From a virus (Duplodnaviria; Caudoviricetes): a DNA stretch of 64,000 nucleotides. Numbering within the stretch: the stretch's first letter is position 1; the number at the start of each line of letters is the position of its first letter. Under the pieces are notes generated by a model that worked only from the letters and a program-made list of their open reading frames with translations, did not search any database and was not told where the DNA came from. The translations under genes and the position numbers were made by a program. Where the stretch lies: IMG/VR virus record IMGVR_UViG_2524614764_000005, positions 40,462 to 104,461 of that record; one strand, given 5' to 3'. This document shows positions 10,732 through 21,461 of this stretch, one piece after another.

Positions 10732-11843
10732 TGTACGGATTTGTGGGAATTGGTCAATGTGGTGGGAGCATTGCAGATGAAGCAATGAAAAGAGGATATT
10801 TCAGTATTGCTGTCAATTACTCTAGCTCAGATTTAAATAGTTTAGAAGTTGTTGAAGACAAACTAAAGCTAGTTGGATCCGAAGGAGTAGGCAAGGATAG
10901 GGAAGCAGCTATAAATTACTTTAAAAATAACTGGGAATCATCTGTTGAATTCATCAAAGAAGCAATGGAAAAGCCATCGATTCAAGTAGTGTTCGTAGTC
11001 TTTTCAACAGCTGGAGGTACAGGATCAGGAATTGCACCGACATTAATAGAATTATTAGATGAATATTTGGATAACAAAACCGTAGTTGCTGTACCAGTCA
11101 TACCCGATAAAAGTGAAGTAATATTGAATCAACTAAACACCGTTGAATGCCTTCAGGAACTGTCAGAAAAACAATTGAATGTAATTCCCCTAGACAATTT
11201 TAAAGTGTCTCAAAAGGGCATTAAATCGTTCTCAGAGCCTATCCTATATCAAAAGGTAAATAAACAATTTATTGATATGCTTGAAGAGGTTGAAGGGTAT
11301 ACAAACCTTCCGTCTAGCTACAGTACATTAGACAAGAAGGACTTAAATCAAATTTTCAATACTCCAGGTGTGACAGTGTTATCAAAAATGGATTTATCTG
11401 ATTATAACAAAGGAAAATTCGCAAACACTCTACATGACGATATTAAACAGTCATGGCAGCAATCCATTTTTAGCGCAGACACTTTTGATTCATTAGTTAA
11501 AGCTGGTGTTATTATAGACGGTAATGCAGATTTAACTGATCAGATTAGCTTTAAGAGACTTTTCAGTGAGGGTGAGCCATTAGATTTATTTAAAGGATAT
11601 TATGATACTGGTAAGAATCAAGTGATTTCAATTTTAAGTGGACTAGGATGGATTAACGACAGAATGAAGCAATTAGATGACCTGATTGAATCAAGAAAAG
11701 TTGAACCAGTAAAAGAAGAGGTATATGTTCCAAAATTTAATTCAAAGTCAGCATTTTTAAAGCAGCAGACTAACACCAAAAGGGACGTAAAGCAGGTAAG
11801 TAAGGGGAGTTTCTTAGATAAACTTAAATCATTAAAGGGATAA
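10731..11843 (+). CDS. Tubulin/FtsZ-family GTPase (TubZ-like)
   Basis: GIGQCGGSIA, EGVGKD, AGGTGSG signature, PLDN, T7-like LDKKD, basic C-terminal tail. Confidence 0.9.
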   Translation: MYGFVGIGQCGGSIADEAMKRGYFSIAVNYSSSDLNSLEVVEDKLKLVGSEGVGKDREAAINYFKNNWESSVEFIKEAMEKPSIQVVFVVFSTAGGTGSGIAPTLIELLDEYLDNKTVVAVPVIPDKSEVILNQLNTVECLQELSEKQLNVIPLDNFKVSQKGIKSFSEPILYQKVNKQFIDMLEEVEGYTNLPSSYSTLDKKDLNQIFNTPGVTVLSKMDLSDYNKGKFANTLHDDIKQSWQQSIFSADTFDSLVKAGVIIDGNADLTDQISFKRLFSEGEPLDLFKGYYDTGKNQVISILSGLGWINDRMKQLDDLIESRKVEPVKEEVYVPKFNSKSAFLKQQTNTKRDVKQVSKGSFLDKLKSLKG

Positions 11844-11848
11844 AACCA

Positions 11849-11882
11849 GGTGAGATGGTCAATTGACTGTCTCATTTTTTTG
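11849..11882 (+). terminator. Intrinsic terminator after the tubulin gene
   Basis: TGAGATGGTC-AATT-GACTGTCTCA followed by a T-run. Confidence 0.8.
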
Positions 11883-12745
11883 TTATCGTAAATTTTTGAG
11901 GACGATATCGTAAAATTGATAAAATGGAGAAAAAACAGAGTAATAGCAATAGGTTTGATGATATTTTAATGAATATGAGGGAGATGTAATCGTAAAGTCG
12001 TTGTGGGAGTAAGGAAAAGTGGGTAAATCTGATGAAAATCAGGAAAAATGGGTGAGTAGGGGAAGGGATTAACGTTGATATATAAGGCTTTTACGATAGC
12101 AAGTACGATAGAAAATAGGCTAAAATCGATAAAATTTATAGGGTGTGGAAATGGAAGTGCTATGGGCACATTTGTTCTTTGTTTTAGCGATTTGGATGTT
12201 AATATACCCCCCTCTAATGGTAATAGATGGTTATGAATGCGTCTTATAATTATAGTTATAATGCAGATTCCTTTGCGAGTCTGCTTTTTTATTTGTGGCC
12301 AATCCAATGCACAATTAATAAGAAAAATCAACACTTTATTGAACTAAATTTAAAAATTTTAAAAAATTGATGTGATTTTCAATATTTGTTCCATTATGCG
12401 GAACTCTTCGTATGAATAACAGGGGGCAGGAAATCGAAGTGTTATTTTTTTATATTTAATGTTTATTATTATATAGTCTTGGTACTGTAATCTTCTCACA
12501 TTATCCACCTTAACTAGTCTCATCACCTTATATCTACACACATTCACCATAATATACTCTAATCCTCACATCAATCACACATCACCAAATCAATCCTGAG
12601 CACACTCACATCCTCATACAAAGGTTTAATTTAATCACACAACCAATCTATCTAATCCTACTCAACACATCATACAGACGAATATAAGAACAAAAATAAA
12701 TATAAGTAAATCAAATTATTAAAACACAAATTACATACATTATCA

Positions 12746-12759
12746 CGAATATATGTTAT
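12746..12759 (+). promoter_or_regulatory. Degenerate LexA/DinR SOS box overlapping the yonT -10, next to an SPBRE-like element
   Basis: CGAATATATGTTAT versus consensus CGAAC-N4-GTTCG. Confidence 0.45.
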
Positions 12760-12787
12760 AATATAAGTATGGAAAGGAGGTGCAAAA

Positions 12788-12961
12788 GTGCTTGAAAAGG
12801 TGACTATAATAATGGCTTTACTTATCAGTCTTACTACAGTCTTAATCAATATGCTTGTGATTATTGAAAAGGTTGTCAGTATCACTAAAAGTATAAGCCA
12901 AAAGAAAAAGCGTACACGTAAGCGACCTAGGTCAAGGACACGCAAACGGATACGCCATTAA
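12788..12961 (+). CDS. yonT: YonT type I toxin (57 aa)
   Basis: MLEKVTIIMALLISLTTVLINMLVIIEKVVSITKSISQKKKRTRKRPRSRTRKRIRH: TM helix plus Arg/Lys tail; strong SD AAAGGAGGTG. Confidence 0.88.
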   Translation: MLEKVTIIMALLISLTTVLINMLVIIEKVVSITKSISQKKKRTRKRPRSRTRKRIRH

Positions 12962-12998
12962 ACATCATAAGACATTGGGAGATACTTCTCCCTTTGTC
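12900..12998 (-). ncRNA. SR6-like antisense antitoxin RNA (boundaries approximate)
   Basis: Minus-strand TGn-TATAAT at 13013-13005 and hairpin 12971-12998, convergent on the yonT 3' end, as for SR6 in SPbeta. Confidence 0.5.
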
Positions 12999-13037
12999 AC
13001 CTATATTATAGCACCTTGCAGCACTTTGTAAACATAT

Positions 13038-13223
13038 ATGCAGCATAAACAATTAAGGTACTCACTAATCACATTCGGTATTACATTCATTGTATTCTGG
13101 CTTATTAAAGGTTTATTCAGCAGCAGCACACAATCACATATTATGTGGACATATGCTATTGCTACATCGATCCTTATAATCACTTGGTTGTCTTACTTTG
13201 TGTATAAAGGTTTTAAACGGTGA
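13038..13223 (+). CDS. Small two-TM membrane protein (YoyJ-like)
   Basis: Hydrophobic 61 aa, directly after yonT. Confidence 0.55.
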   Translation: MQHKQLRYSLITFGITFIVFWLIKGLFSSSTQSHIMWTYAIATSILIITWLSYFVYKGFKR

Positions 13224-13271
13224 GCGGTAGCTCAGCTCGCCATACATATAATTTTGAATAGGGGAGAACCA

Positions 13272-14504
13272 ATGTCAAAAGTAAAAATTATTGATTCGAT
13301 TATGGGAAGCGGTAAAACAAGTCTAATGATTGATCACATGAATGAATCATCTTTAGATAAACATTTCATTTTTATCACCCCATACCTGGATGAAGTATCA
13401 AGGATTAAGAAGTCATGCAGCAACAGAAAGTTTCATGAGCCTAAGGTGCACACAGAAAAGGGAGAGGTATTATATAAAATTGATTCATTTCATAAGTTGC
13501 TGTCAGAAAACAAAGACATTGTTGCTACTCACGCATTATTTAGCATGTCTGACCAAACAACTAAAGATTTGATTTACTCAGGTAATTACACTTTGGTGCT
13601 AGACGAATCAATGGAAGTGATTAAAAAATTCAATATTTCCAAAGATGATTTAGATATGTTATTTAAAAACAAATGGATCATTAACAACAACGGTAAGATA
13701 TTGTGGAACTCTGAGAATGAAGAAAAATTGAATAGGGAATACAAAGGGGAGTTTCAGACATTAAAGAAGCTGGCCAAAAGTGATAATCTAATTTATCACA
13801 ATGAATCTGTTTTGTTCTGGGAATTTCCTAGCGATGTCTTTAATAAGTTTAACAACGTGTATGTATTGACATATTTGTTTAATGCTCAGATACAAAAGTA
13901 TTATTTTGACTTACACAAAATTGAATATGAATTATTATCAGTCGTAAAAGAAAATGGAAACTACAAATTAATTGCACATAATGAAAACTTGGATCAAAAG
14001 GTTAAAGCTGCTTTGAAAAATAAGATAAACATCTATGAAGGGGATTTGAACAAGGTAGGTGATGATTATTACGCATTGTCTAAGAATTGGTTTGAAAGTA
14101 GAACGGTTTTACATAAGCGATTAAAAAACAACATCTTAAACTATTATCAAAACATCATTAAGTCTAAATCAAACGAGAACTTATGGACAACCTTTAAATC
14201 ACATAAAGGGAAGTTGAGCGGTAAAGGATACACTAAAGGATTCCTAGCGTGTAATATTAAAGCAACAAACGAATACAGTCACAAGAAAACATTAGTTTAT
14301 TCAATAAATAGATTTGTTAATCCAGCAATTAAGGATTTATTTAAGCAGAATAACATAGTGATAGATCACGATATATACGCACTATCAGAGATGATTCAAT
14401 GGATTTGGAGATCAGCAATAAGAAATAATAAATCAATCAACATTTACATTCCATCGTCTAGAATGAGAAACCTTTTAATAAAGTGGTTAGAAAATGACCT
14501 ATGA
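13272..14504 (+). CDS. yonV: YonV-like SF2 helicase-like P-loop protein
   Basis: DSIMGSGKT, LDES, QWIWRSAIR (motif VI-like); SD GGGGAG before ATG 13272. Confidence 0.75.
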   Translation: MSKVKIIDSIMGSGKTSLMIDHMNESSLDKHFIFITPYLDEVSRIKKSCSNRKFHEPKVHTEKGEVLYKIDSFHKLLSENKDIVATHALFSMSDQTTKDLIYSGNYTLVLDESMEVIKKFNISKDDLDMLFKNKWIINNNGKILWNSENEEKLNREYKGEFQTLKKLAKSDNLIYHNESVLFWEFPSDVFNKFNNVYVLTYLFNAQIQKYYFDLHKIEYELLSVVKENGNYKLIAHNENLDQKVKAALKNKINIYEGDLNKVGDDYYALSKNWFESRTVLHKRLKNNILNYYQNIIKSKSNENLWTTFKSHKGKLSGKGYTKGFLACNIKATNEYSHKKTLVYSINRFVNPAIKDLFKQNNIVIDHDIYALSEMIQWIWRSAIRNNKSINIYIPSSRMRNLLIKWLENDL

Positions 14505-14739
14505 AAAAAAAAGCAATAAACCATTTTGAAAACTCAACTACCGCAACAGTTTTTAGATGTCTCCCGTAAAAGAAAAGAAGTTAAAATTATAAATAATATA
14601 TAGACTAAAAATAAGACCTTGGGGTGCTGACTTTGGTCACTTCAACAAGTTGAATTGCCCTTTCGTCCTACACCACCCCAAACCCCTCATAGGACGTAAT
14701 AAAATACTAAAAAAAATTAAAAATAACACACAAAAAATA

Positions 14740-14768
14740 TTGATTAAAATACAAATAACATATATAAT
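14740..14768 (+). promoter_or_regulatory. SPBRE sigma-A promoter
   Basis: TTGATT-AAAATACAAATAACATA-TATAAT with upstream AAAATAACAC half copy. Confidence 0.85.
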
Positions 14769-14816
14769 GAAGATATAGAAAAGAACGAAATAAAATGAAT
14801 ATTTTAAAGGGAGAGA

Positions 14817-17750
14817 TTGGATATGAAAAAAGAAAAACCGAACAACTGGGTATGGACTAAATTAACAGAAGAAAAGCATCCTGATAGAAAAGCTGGAACA
14901 CCTGTCCATACAGCTTATATGAGAGAGGGTGACGCTGAGTGGTCTCCTCACAGCTCATGGATTGCTAAAGGATATATCCAGCATGTTGATACGCTAAACT
15001 CGTCACAGTGAGTATAAACAAGCATTAGGCTGTGAGCGTCCTGGTCAATAGTGGCCAGGGGTTGTATCAAATGAAATTCTAATTTTATACAGAAGGAGAA
15101 TGAGATAATATGACAAAAGAAAATAGAAACTTAGATATGCTTGAAGCCGAAAGAAAGATTGCTAAAAATAGATTGCAAGAACAGATTATTAGTATTAAAA
15201 GAACCTTGGATGATCTTGAATTTAAGCTCAAGAAAGATGACAGGTATTTATTTTCATCTGATGGGCTTATGGGGAATAGTAATAGTATTGATATTTATTT
15301 AAATCAAGTTGTTGCATACGATCGAGCAATAGAATTAATGAAAAGTGAAAGTTAAATAAAATGTTGATTTTCTACAGAAGGGAGTGATTCTGTCTGAAAT
15401 ACTTAAACGAGGCTGAACAGCGTGAAATGTTGGAAGAAGAGGCTGAGAATTATTTGAGAAACCTCTACAATTCTAATCCAGTCGGCAGGGATGAAACCCC
15501 TAGCGTTTACCTGTCACAAGGAAAAATACAGGGTATGTGTAGAATATTTAATGCGACATTTACAGTAGAGCTTCGCAGAAAGATCACATTTTATAAATAC
15601 AATAAATATCTTGATGAGAAGTTTTGGTTTCATGTAGAGAGTGAATATTTAACAAAGGAAGAAGCAGAACGTTTAATTAGCCAGATAAACAGGGATAACA
15701 GAGAAATCATGCAAGGGCTGTTATGAGGAAGAGGGGGCAACCAATGAAATTTAAAAACAAATATGATGCTTTAAATTACATCAATGAAAAATACGATGTT
15801 GTAAGCCATGAGGTAACATCATTTGAAGAGATAGATGAGTTTTGGCATTGTCTTAAACAATTGAATTTCATGAATAAGATACATGGTGATGATTTTAAGT
15901 TGGCAGAAAAAATTTGTGTGTGATCTGTATAGAGGAGATTTATAAAATGAACAAAAAAGAAATGACGGAGCAGGAGTTAAATGATATAAAAACTGAAATA
16001 TTTCAATTAGAATCAGACAGAAATAATGTTGGTCATGCAGGCGTGATTGAATATATAGAGAAAAATTTGAAATTGTTGCGATTAGAAGAGGAGATGTATA
16101 AAAAAGAATTAGAAAGATTGAATGGATAGAATATTAATCTTCCACAGAAAGGAGTGATGAGATTGGGAAATGAAGTTGTGTTTCTTTGCAGAAAATGCAA
16201 TCATCACCTGTTTGCCGAAAATCCTACGATAAACACATTAAAAAGCATTTCAAAAATGGATTGCCCTGAATGTGGAGAAGAGGGTTATCATAATTGGATA
16301 CTCTCACATGTGGGTGATTCTGAGAAAGAGAACTATAATTGGAAATAGTTAAATTGTTTCTTGCAGGACGGAGTGGTAAATATGAGCAATGAAAACACTT
16401 GGGGATTAGCTTTTATCCAGATCGATGTCAAAGAGGATAGGTTCAATGAATTACTGTCACTAAACTTGGGTTCAGAACATAAGGCAAGGGAAGTTTTTAA
16501 TCGTGTTAAGAATGAGTTTAAGGAAAATGACGGAGAACCTGATGGTGTTATTGATCTTATAGATGAAAATGAAGAAATTATCGATGATTATGCACTTACT
16601 ACAAATCAATTGATTACAGTTGCCGCAATGCTTGGTCATGAAATCGGAAAATCAAAATAAAATGTTTCTTTTATACATAATGGAATTGTTTTTAATAAAG
16701 GAGGATGATTAGTATCGCAAACAAAGGAGATATTCTTGTATTCAAAGACGGTCAAGAATGTATGGTTGTCGAAAATAAAATAAGTCAAGGCAGCTACAAT
16801 GAAAAAGGCGAATACCATAGCTGGGATGACAGCAGGTGGATATTAGTGAATTTGGCAACAGGAAGTGTTGTATTACATTATCGATACAATATTCGATATG
16901 AAGATGGAATGCCTTATATACCTATGTGGGGCGGAGTAACAAAAGTTAAAAAAAAGGGATCAGAAGAAATAATACGTTTGAGTGAAAATAAGATAAAACA
17001 TGAGTTTTAAACAAATAAATAACACATATTAAAAAGGAGTAATAGTCATGTATGTTGTTAGATTAAATGGTGGTTACTTTAAAAAGGGATATATCAATAT
17101 TGCAGGATTAGAGTTAGATCCATCAACGCCATTGAAAAAAGATGCTAGGAAGTTTAAGAGCATGAAACAAGCTTATTTTTTCTCTTATAAAATGAATGGC
17201 AAAGTCGAGAAAGCATAATAAATATTCTTAAAGGAGTGTACCATGAATGAAAACAATCCAGGAGCGGTTATTAAAACGGCGAGATGATTTAATCAGTGTT
17301 GCTGTATTTAGTATATTGGCCATTATGCTGCTTTGTGCATTTGTTTATTCTGGATGAATTATAAATTACATATATTTGAGAGGTGAATAATATGCGAGAT
17401 CTAATTAAGAAAGAACTTTCAAAACCAAGTATACACAACATGTTTAAAGGTTGGGCAGATCAGGAACAAATTTTAGATGAACTTGAAGAAGGGTACGTAA
17501 GTTATGATGGCAGCGTAGAGGATTACTTAAGTAACAAATTAAACTACTGAGCTTCTACATAAAAAGGGGTATGACCAATGCCAATTGGAAAACAATTAAA
17601 ACAAAAATTAGCTAACACAAATGCTTTTGAGAAGAAACATAATGAATTCTTAATAGAAATTAAAGAATTTAAAAATAATAAAGAACTCCAAAATGAATAT
17701 AAACGTGTGCAGCATGTTCTGAAAGATTCAATTGATGGGAGAGAGTCTTA
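14817..17750 (+). other. Cluster of about 12 small hypothetical early genes (14817-15011, 15110-15355, 15394/15427-15726, 15744-15923, 15947-16129, 16154-16348 Zn-finger, 16382-16660, 16705-17010, 17048-17218, 17392-17550, 17578-17751)
   Basis: Tightly packed, SD-preceded ORFs; no recognisable families apart from a CxxC...CPEC finger. Confidence 0.7.
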
Positions 17751-18374
17751 ATGGAAAGCAGTGAAAGTGCATCACTTAAAGTGCCTAAACATATCATAAG
17801 AAATGATAAATTCTATATAACAAATCAGGAATTTCATCTATACGCTTACCTTTGCTATATGAATTTCAGAAATTTCAATGAAGAAGAGATGGAAGTAGAT
17901 CATCTCAAACTGAAAAATCTTCTTAAGATCAGTGACGCTAGGACATTGAAGAAGCGTTTAAACACCTTACATAAGCATAATCTTATAAGGAATAAAATCG
18001 ATAAACTTCCAACCAAGGGTACTATGAAAATTATCTTTAATGGAGATGTGAAAAAGGATCAAATGTTCTGCAAGATGAATCCAATCATATTTACATATTT
18101 TAAGAATGATCAAATAGACTCGAATGGAATTAGGTTGGCTTTTTATTACAAGAGTTTCTCACATGAAGGATACTGTACAGTGGGGTTTGAAACACTAAAA
18201 GAGAATTTGAAAATTGGGAATAGTACTATTTCCAATTCAAACAAATCTTTAGAGAGGTCAGAACTTCTGAAAATAAAATCACATAAGTTAGAAACGTATG
18301 GTTACAACCAAAAAGATGCGTTGGTTATCGATAGTTGGAGTAATCATTACCAAATCTTAGAACCATTACGTTAA
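17751..18374 (+). CDS. Tandem wHTH DNA-binding protein (paralog 1)
   Basis: Two HTH-like repeats (EFHLYAYL...TLKKRLNTL; GFETLKENLKIGNSTISNSNKSLE). Confidence 0.6.
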   Translation: MESSESASLKVPKHIIRNDKFYITNQEFHLYAYLCYMNFRNFNEEEMEVDHLKLKNLLKISDARTLKKRLNTLHKHNLIRNKIDKLPTKGTMKIIFNGDVKKDQMFCKMNPIIFTYFKNDQIDSNGIRLAFYYKSFSHEGYCTVGFETLKENLKIGNSTISNSNKSLERSELLKIKSHKLETYGYNQKDALVIDSWSNHYQILEPLR

Positions 18375-18432
18375 TTATTGAAAAAACAGTAATAAATTTC
18401 AATAGTTTAAAATAAGAGATAGGAGAGGTTTT

Positions 18433-19119
18433 TTGAGTAATAACTCTGAATTACTAATTGCAAATGATGTCATCAGAGATCCGAATTTATCCAGTGAAGA
18501 ATTTTCAGTTTACGCCGTTCTGATAAGGCTTTACTTCTCTAAAAAAGAGAAAGTGAATCCGATTCAAGTTAACCATAAACGAATTAGTGAACGGTTGGGA
18601 ATACCAAAGAACGAGACTTTGAAAAAATACATAAATGGGCTTTATGAGAAGAAATTGATACTTAATAAGGTTGATGCTTTACCAAGAAAAGGCTTAATAG
18701 ACATAACGTTAAATGAATCTCGACTACCTGTAAAGGGTAGCAATATAACTTTCACTCAAACCACTGAGAGCATTATATCATCCGAATGTGTGTCGCAAAT
18801 TAAAATGAAGGGTATAAGGCTCTACTTCTATTTAAAGAGCTACATGGACACAAGGCACACTCCTTCATTTGCTTATCCAGGGATGGATAGAATTTCCGCC
18901 GAAACGGGAGTTGCAAAAAACACCATTAGAAAACATTTATCTCTAATGAAAAACAAAAGGTTTATTGATATTCAACATTCGGATAAGCAAAGTTCCAAAG
19001 AGTCTTATTATGGTGAAGACGATCAAGTTATTACCACTGGATATCAGAACAAGTACATTTTATATGATCATCACATCAATGAATATGCAAGAAAGAATAG
19101 CGGTTTATCATGTGGTTGA
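18433..19119 (+). CDS. Tandem wHTH DNA-binding protein (paralog 2; replication-initiator-like HTH)
   Basis: AYPGMDRISAETGVAKNTIRKHLSLMKNKRFI; similar along its length to paralog 1. Confidence 0.65.
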   Translation: MSNNSELLIANDVIRDPNLSSEEFSVYAVLIRLYFSKKEKVNPIQVNHKRISERLGIPKNETLKKYINGLYEKKLILNKVDALPRKGLIDITLNESRLPVKGSNITFTQTTESIISSECVSQIKMKGIRLYFYLKSYMDTRHTPSFAYPGMDRISAETGVAKNTIRKHLSLMKNKRFIDIQHSDKQSSKESYYGEDDQVITTGYQNKYILYDHHINEYARKNSGLSCG

Positions 19120-19685
19120 AACCCAGTGTTCATACGAAGTGCAAAAATGTTGCGATATGGCAGCAAATAAAATACTCAAGTAAAATGGTGCTTGTGTTAC
19201 TATCATTTCAAATGAGAGTATTTATTCATCACAGATGACGGGCTATGTTAAACATAGGGCTTAGTTTCAACCGACACTCTCACAGCGCAATTTTGAGCTG
19301 TCAACTCATGAAGTAGTAATAAGCTGATGTCATTTGAAACGACGGGAGATGCCGTCACGAATCGTTACGTCATCAATAAACAAATACTCACTCACCACAA
19401 AATTGTGGTCAGTAAAAAATTTATGGAATAGGGTGTAGTAAACAGAGTGTGTAGAAGGAGATTTTTCACTCAGTAATCTTTCCGAGTGAAAACATGAAAT
19501 GAGCTTAATTTTGAGCCGGTGTCATTTCAAATGAGACCGGCTTCTGAATAAAATGATGTTTTTATTAATAAAATAATAATGTTGAAACTGATATCCTACT
19601 AAACTAACAATATGTTACAATGCCAATATAAGGATAACTTTAAAAGTAACTCACAAATGACAGCTGCTGAAAGGTTTGTTGAAAA

Positions 19686-20312
19686 ATGACAATGTTGATA
19701 GTTATGGCAACAGATAACAGTATTATTATGACTGCCGATAAAAGAGTTACAAGAACAGATGGTTATGGGAAAGTTATAAAGATTGTGTCGGATGATTATA
19801 AAAAAATAAAAATAATAAAAGGGAAGTATATTGTTTCTTTTGCTGGCAGAACAGCAATTGCGGAAAAAGCATTCAAATTTATTGATGAAAAAATTGTATC
19901 GTTGGAATATGACATTCATTTGTTTTTTAAAAATGCATTTCAATACGGAAAAGCCTGTTTTGAAAACAGTTTTCCAAATATAGAACCTACATCAGTATTC
20001 TTTCTGGGTTATATTAAAGATGATACGAGTTATTTAAAAGGCTACTCATCAGACGATGATTACAAAGGAATGCCTATCTCTGATAGTATAAAGGTTAGAG
20101 CGGAATCCCTTGTTGTGGAGAATCTCCTTTTTAATGAGACGCAAAATTTCCTATCAACCAAAATATCTAGTCGACCATCTTTTTATCAGTCCAATGAAAA
20201 CCTTTCAGTTCTTTTTTCTGAAGCAATTAAAAGAATGAATGATCAAATGATTGGAAAAACAACCTACTCTGTGGTTTTAACATCTAATGGTGCAACAGAA
20301 CTGCACAATTAA
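19686..20312 (+). CDS. Ntn-hydrolase, proteasome beta/HslV-like protein
   Basis: M-T start (Thr nucleophile), MTADKRVT, KI, SFAG motifs of the proteasome beta-fold. Confidence 0.65.
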   Translation: MTMLIVMATDNSIIMTADKRVTRTDGYGKVIKIVSDDYKKIKIIKGKYIVSFAGRTAIAEKAFKFIDEKIVSLEYDIHLFFKNAFQYGKACFENSFPNIEPTSVFFLGYIKDDTSYLKGYSSDDDYKGMPISDSIKVRAESLVVENLLFNETQNFLSTKISSRPSFYQSNENLSVLFSEAIKRMNDQMIGKTTYSVVLTSNGATELHN

Positions 20313-20408
20313 CTTATTGACTGTTATAAGAAACAATTGCAAAATGAGCTTCAGTGTTAGTAATAAAGATCAAATAAAATCATTCTTTTAAGGAGAGGTG
20401 ACAGTTAG

Positions 20409-21461
20409 TTGATTAACATTTTTATAGATACGAACATCTATGAGGCGAAGAATTTTAATTTTGATAATAGTAGTATTTCCAGGCTGCAAAATTTCATTGA
20501 GAATGAGCATGTTGAATTATTTATAACACCCGTAATAATAAAAGAAATCGAAGATCACATTGAACAAAAGGTTGAGGGGTCAGGGAAACAAATTAAGGAA
20601 TTTAAACAAAATGCGCCTATTATGATAAATTTTGAACCATTAAAAAAGATATGGGATCGCGACTTGATAAATCAAGCAAAATTGAAAATTTTAGACCGCT
20701 TTCATGAATTTTTAAGAATAAATAGAGTGTATACAGTTCCTATCAGTGTCACTTATGCAAATCAAATTATACAAAATTACCTTGAAGGCAGTGCGCCTTT
20801 TAGTAAAAAAAAGAAGAAAGAATTCCCAGACGCTTTTACTATGTATACTCTTTTGGAATGGGCTGAAAAAAATAACGAGATAATTTGTATAATTAGTAAT
20901 GATAAGGAAATTAGGGATTTTTGTGAGGGTAATTCTAGACTCTATTACATCAAGACATTGGAAGAGGCCTTTGATTATATAAACCAACAAGATGATGTTA
21001 AGTATCAACAAGCTCAAAACATTTATATGGATCATCTGGAACAATTTCTAGATGATATAGACAATGAAATTAATGAAGCATGCTTTGCTTTTAATATAGA
21101 GGTTTTTGATGTTGAAGATGTAAAAGTAAAAGACTTTTCTCTTGTGAGAGAAGGGGAATGCTACGATGAGCCTCGGGTTCTTGAATTAGAAGATAGTAAA
21201 CTTACATTTGTACTTGATGTTAATTTTGAGTTTACTATTGTAACCAGTAAAATTGACCCCACAAGATCTCCATACGATTCTGAGGAGGGAATGTACTTAT
21301 ACATAGAATATGAAGAAACAGAATATACAGAAATCGTTGAGCTACCGGTAGAACTTGAATTAAATGTTCAGGATTATGAGAAACAAGACTTTATTATCGA
21401 ATCAATAAAAATAAATAATGATGAAGCATATCTACATACTATTAATGATGATTATTTTTAA
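20409..21461 (+). CDS. PIN-domain protein (DUF4935-like) with acidic C-terminal domain
   Basis: IFIDTNIY, EIE, APF..KKKEFPDA, ISND motifs. Confidence 0.8.
   Translation: MINIFIDTNIYEAKNFNFDNSSISRLQNFIENEHVELFITPVIIKEIEDHIEQKVEGSGKQIKEFKQNAPIMINFEPLKKIWDRDLINQAKLKILDRFHEFLRINRVYTVPISVTYANQIIQNYLEGSAPFSKKKKKEFPDAFTMYTLLEWAEKNNEIICIISNDKEIRDFCEGNSRLYYIKTLEEAFDYINQQDDVKYQQAQNIYMDHLEQFLDDIDNEINEACFAFNIEVFDVEDVKVKDFSLVREGECYDEPRVLELEDSKLTFVLDVNFEFTIVTSKIDPTRSPYDSEEGMYLYIEYEETEYTEIVELPVELELNVQDYEKQDFIIESIKINNDEAYLHTINDDYF

Noticed and set aside
10731-11843. Host ftsZ
   Set aside because: Divergent sequence, no dcw cluster context, and paired with a wHTH gene inside phage DNA.
11966-12945. Minus-strand track ORFs 11966-12334, 12359-12550 and 12670-12945
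   Set aside because: Biased composition and no clear SDs; the last is the antisense shadow of yonT.
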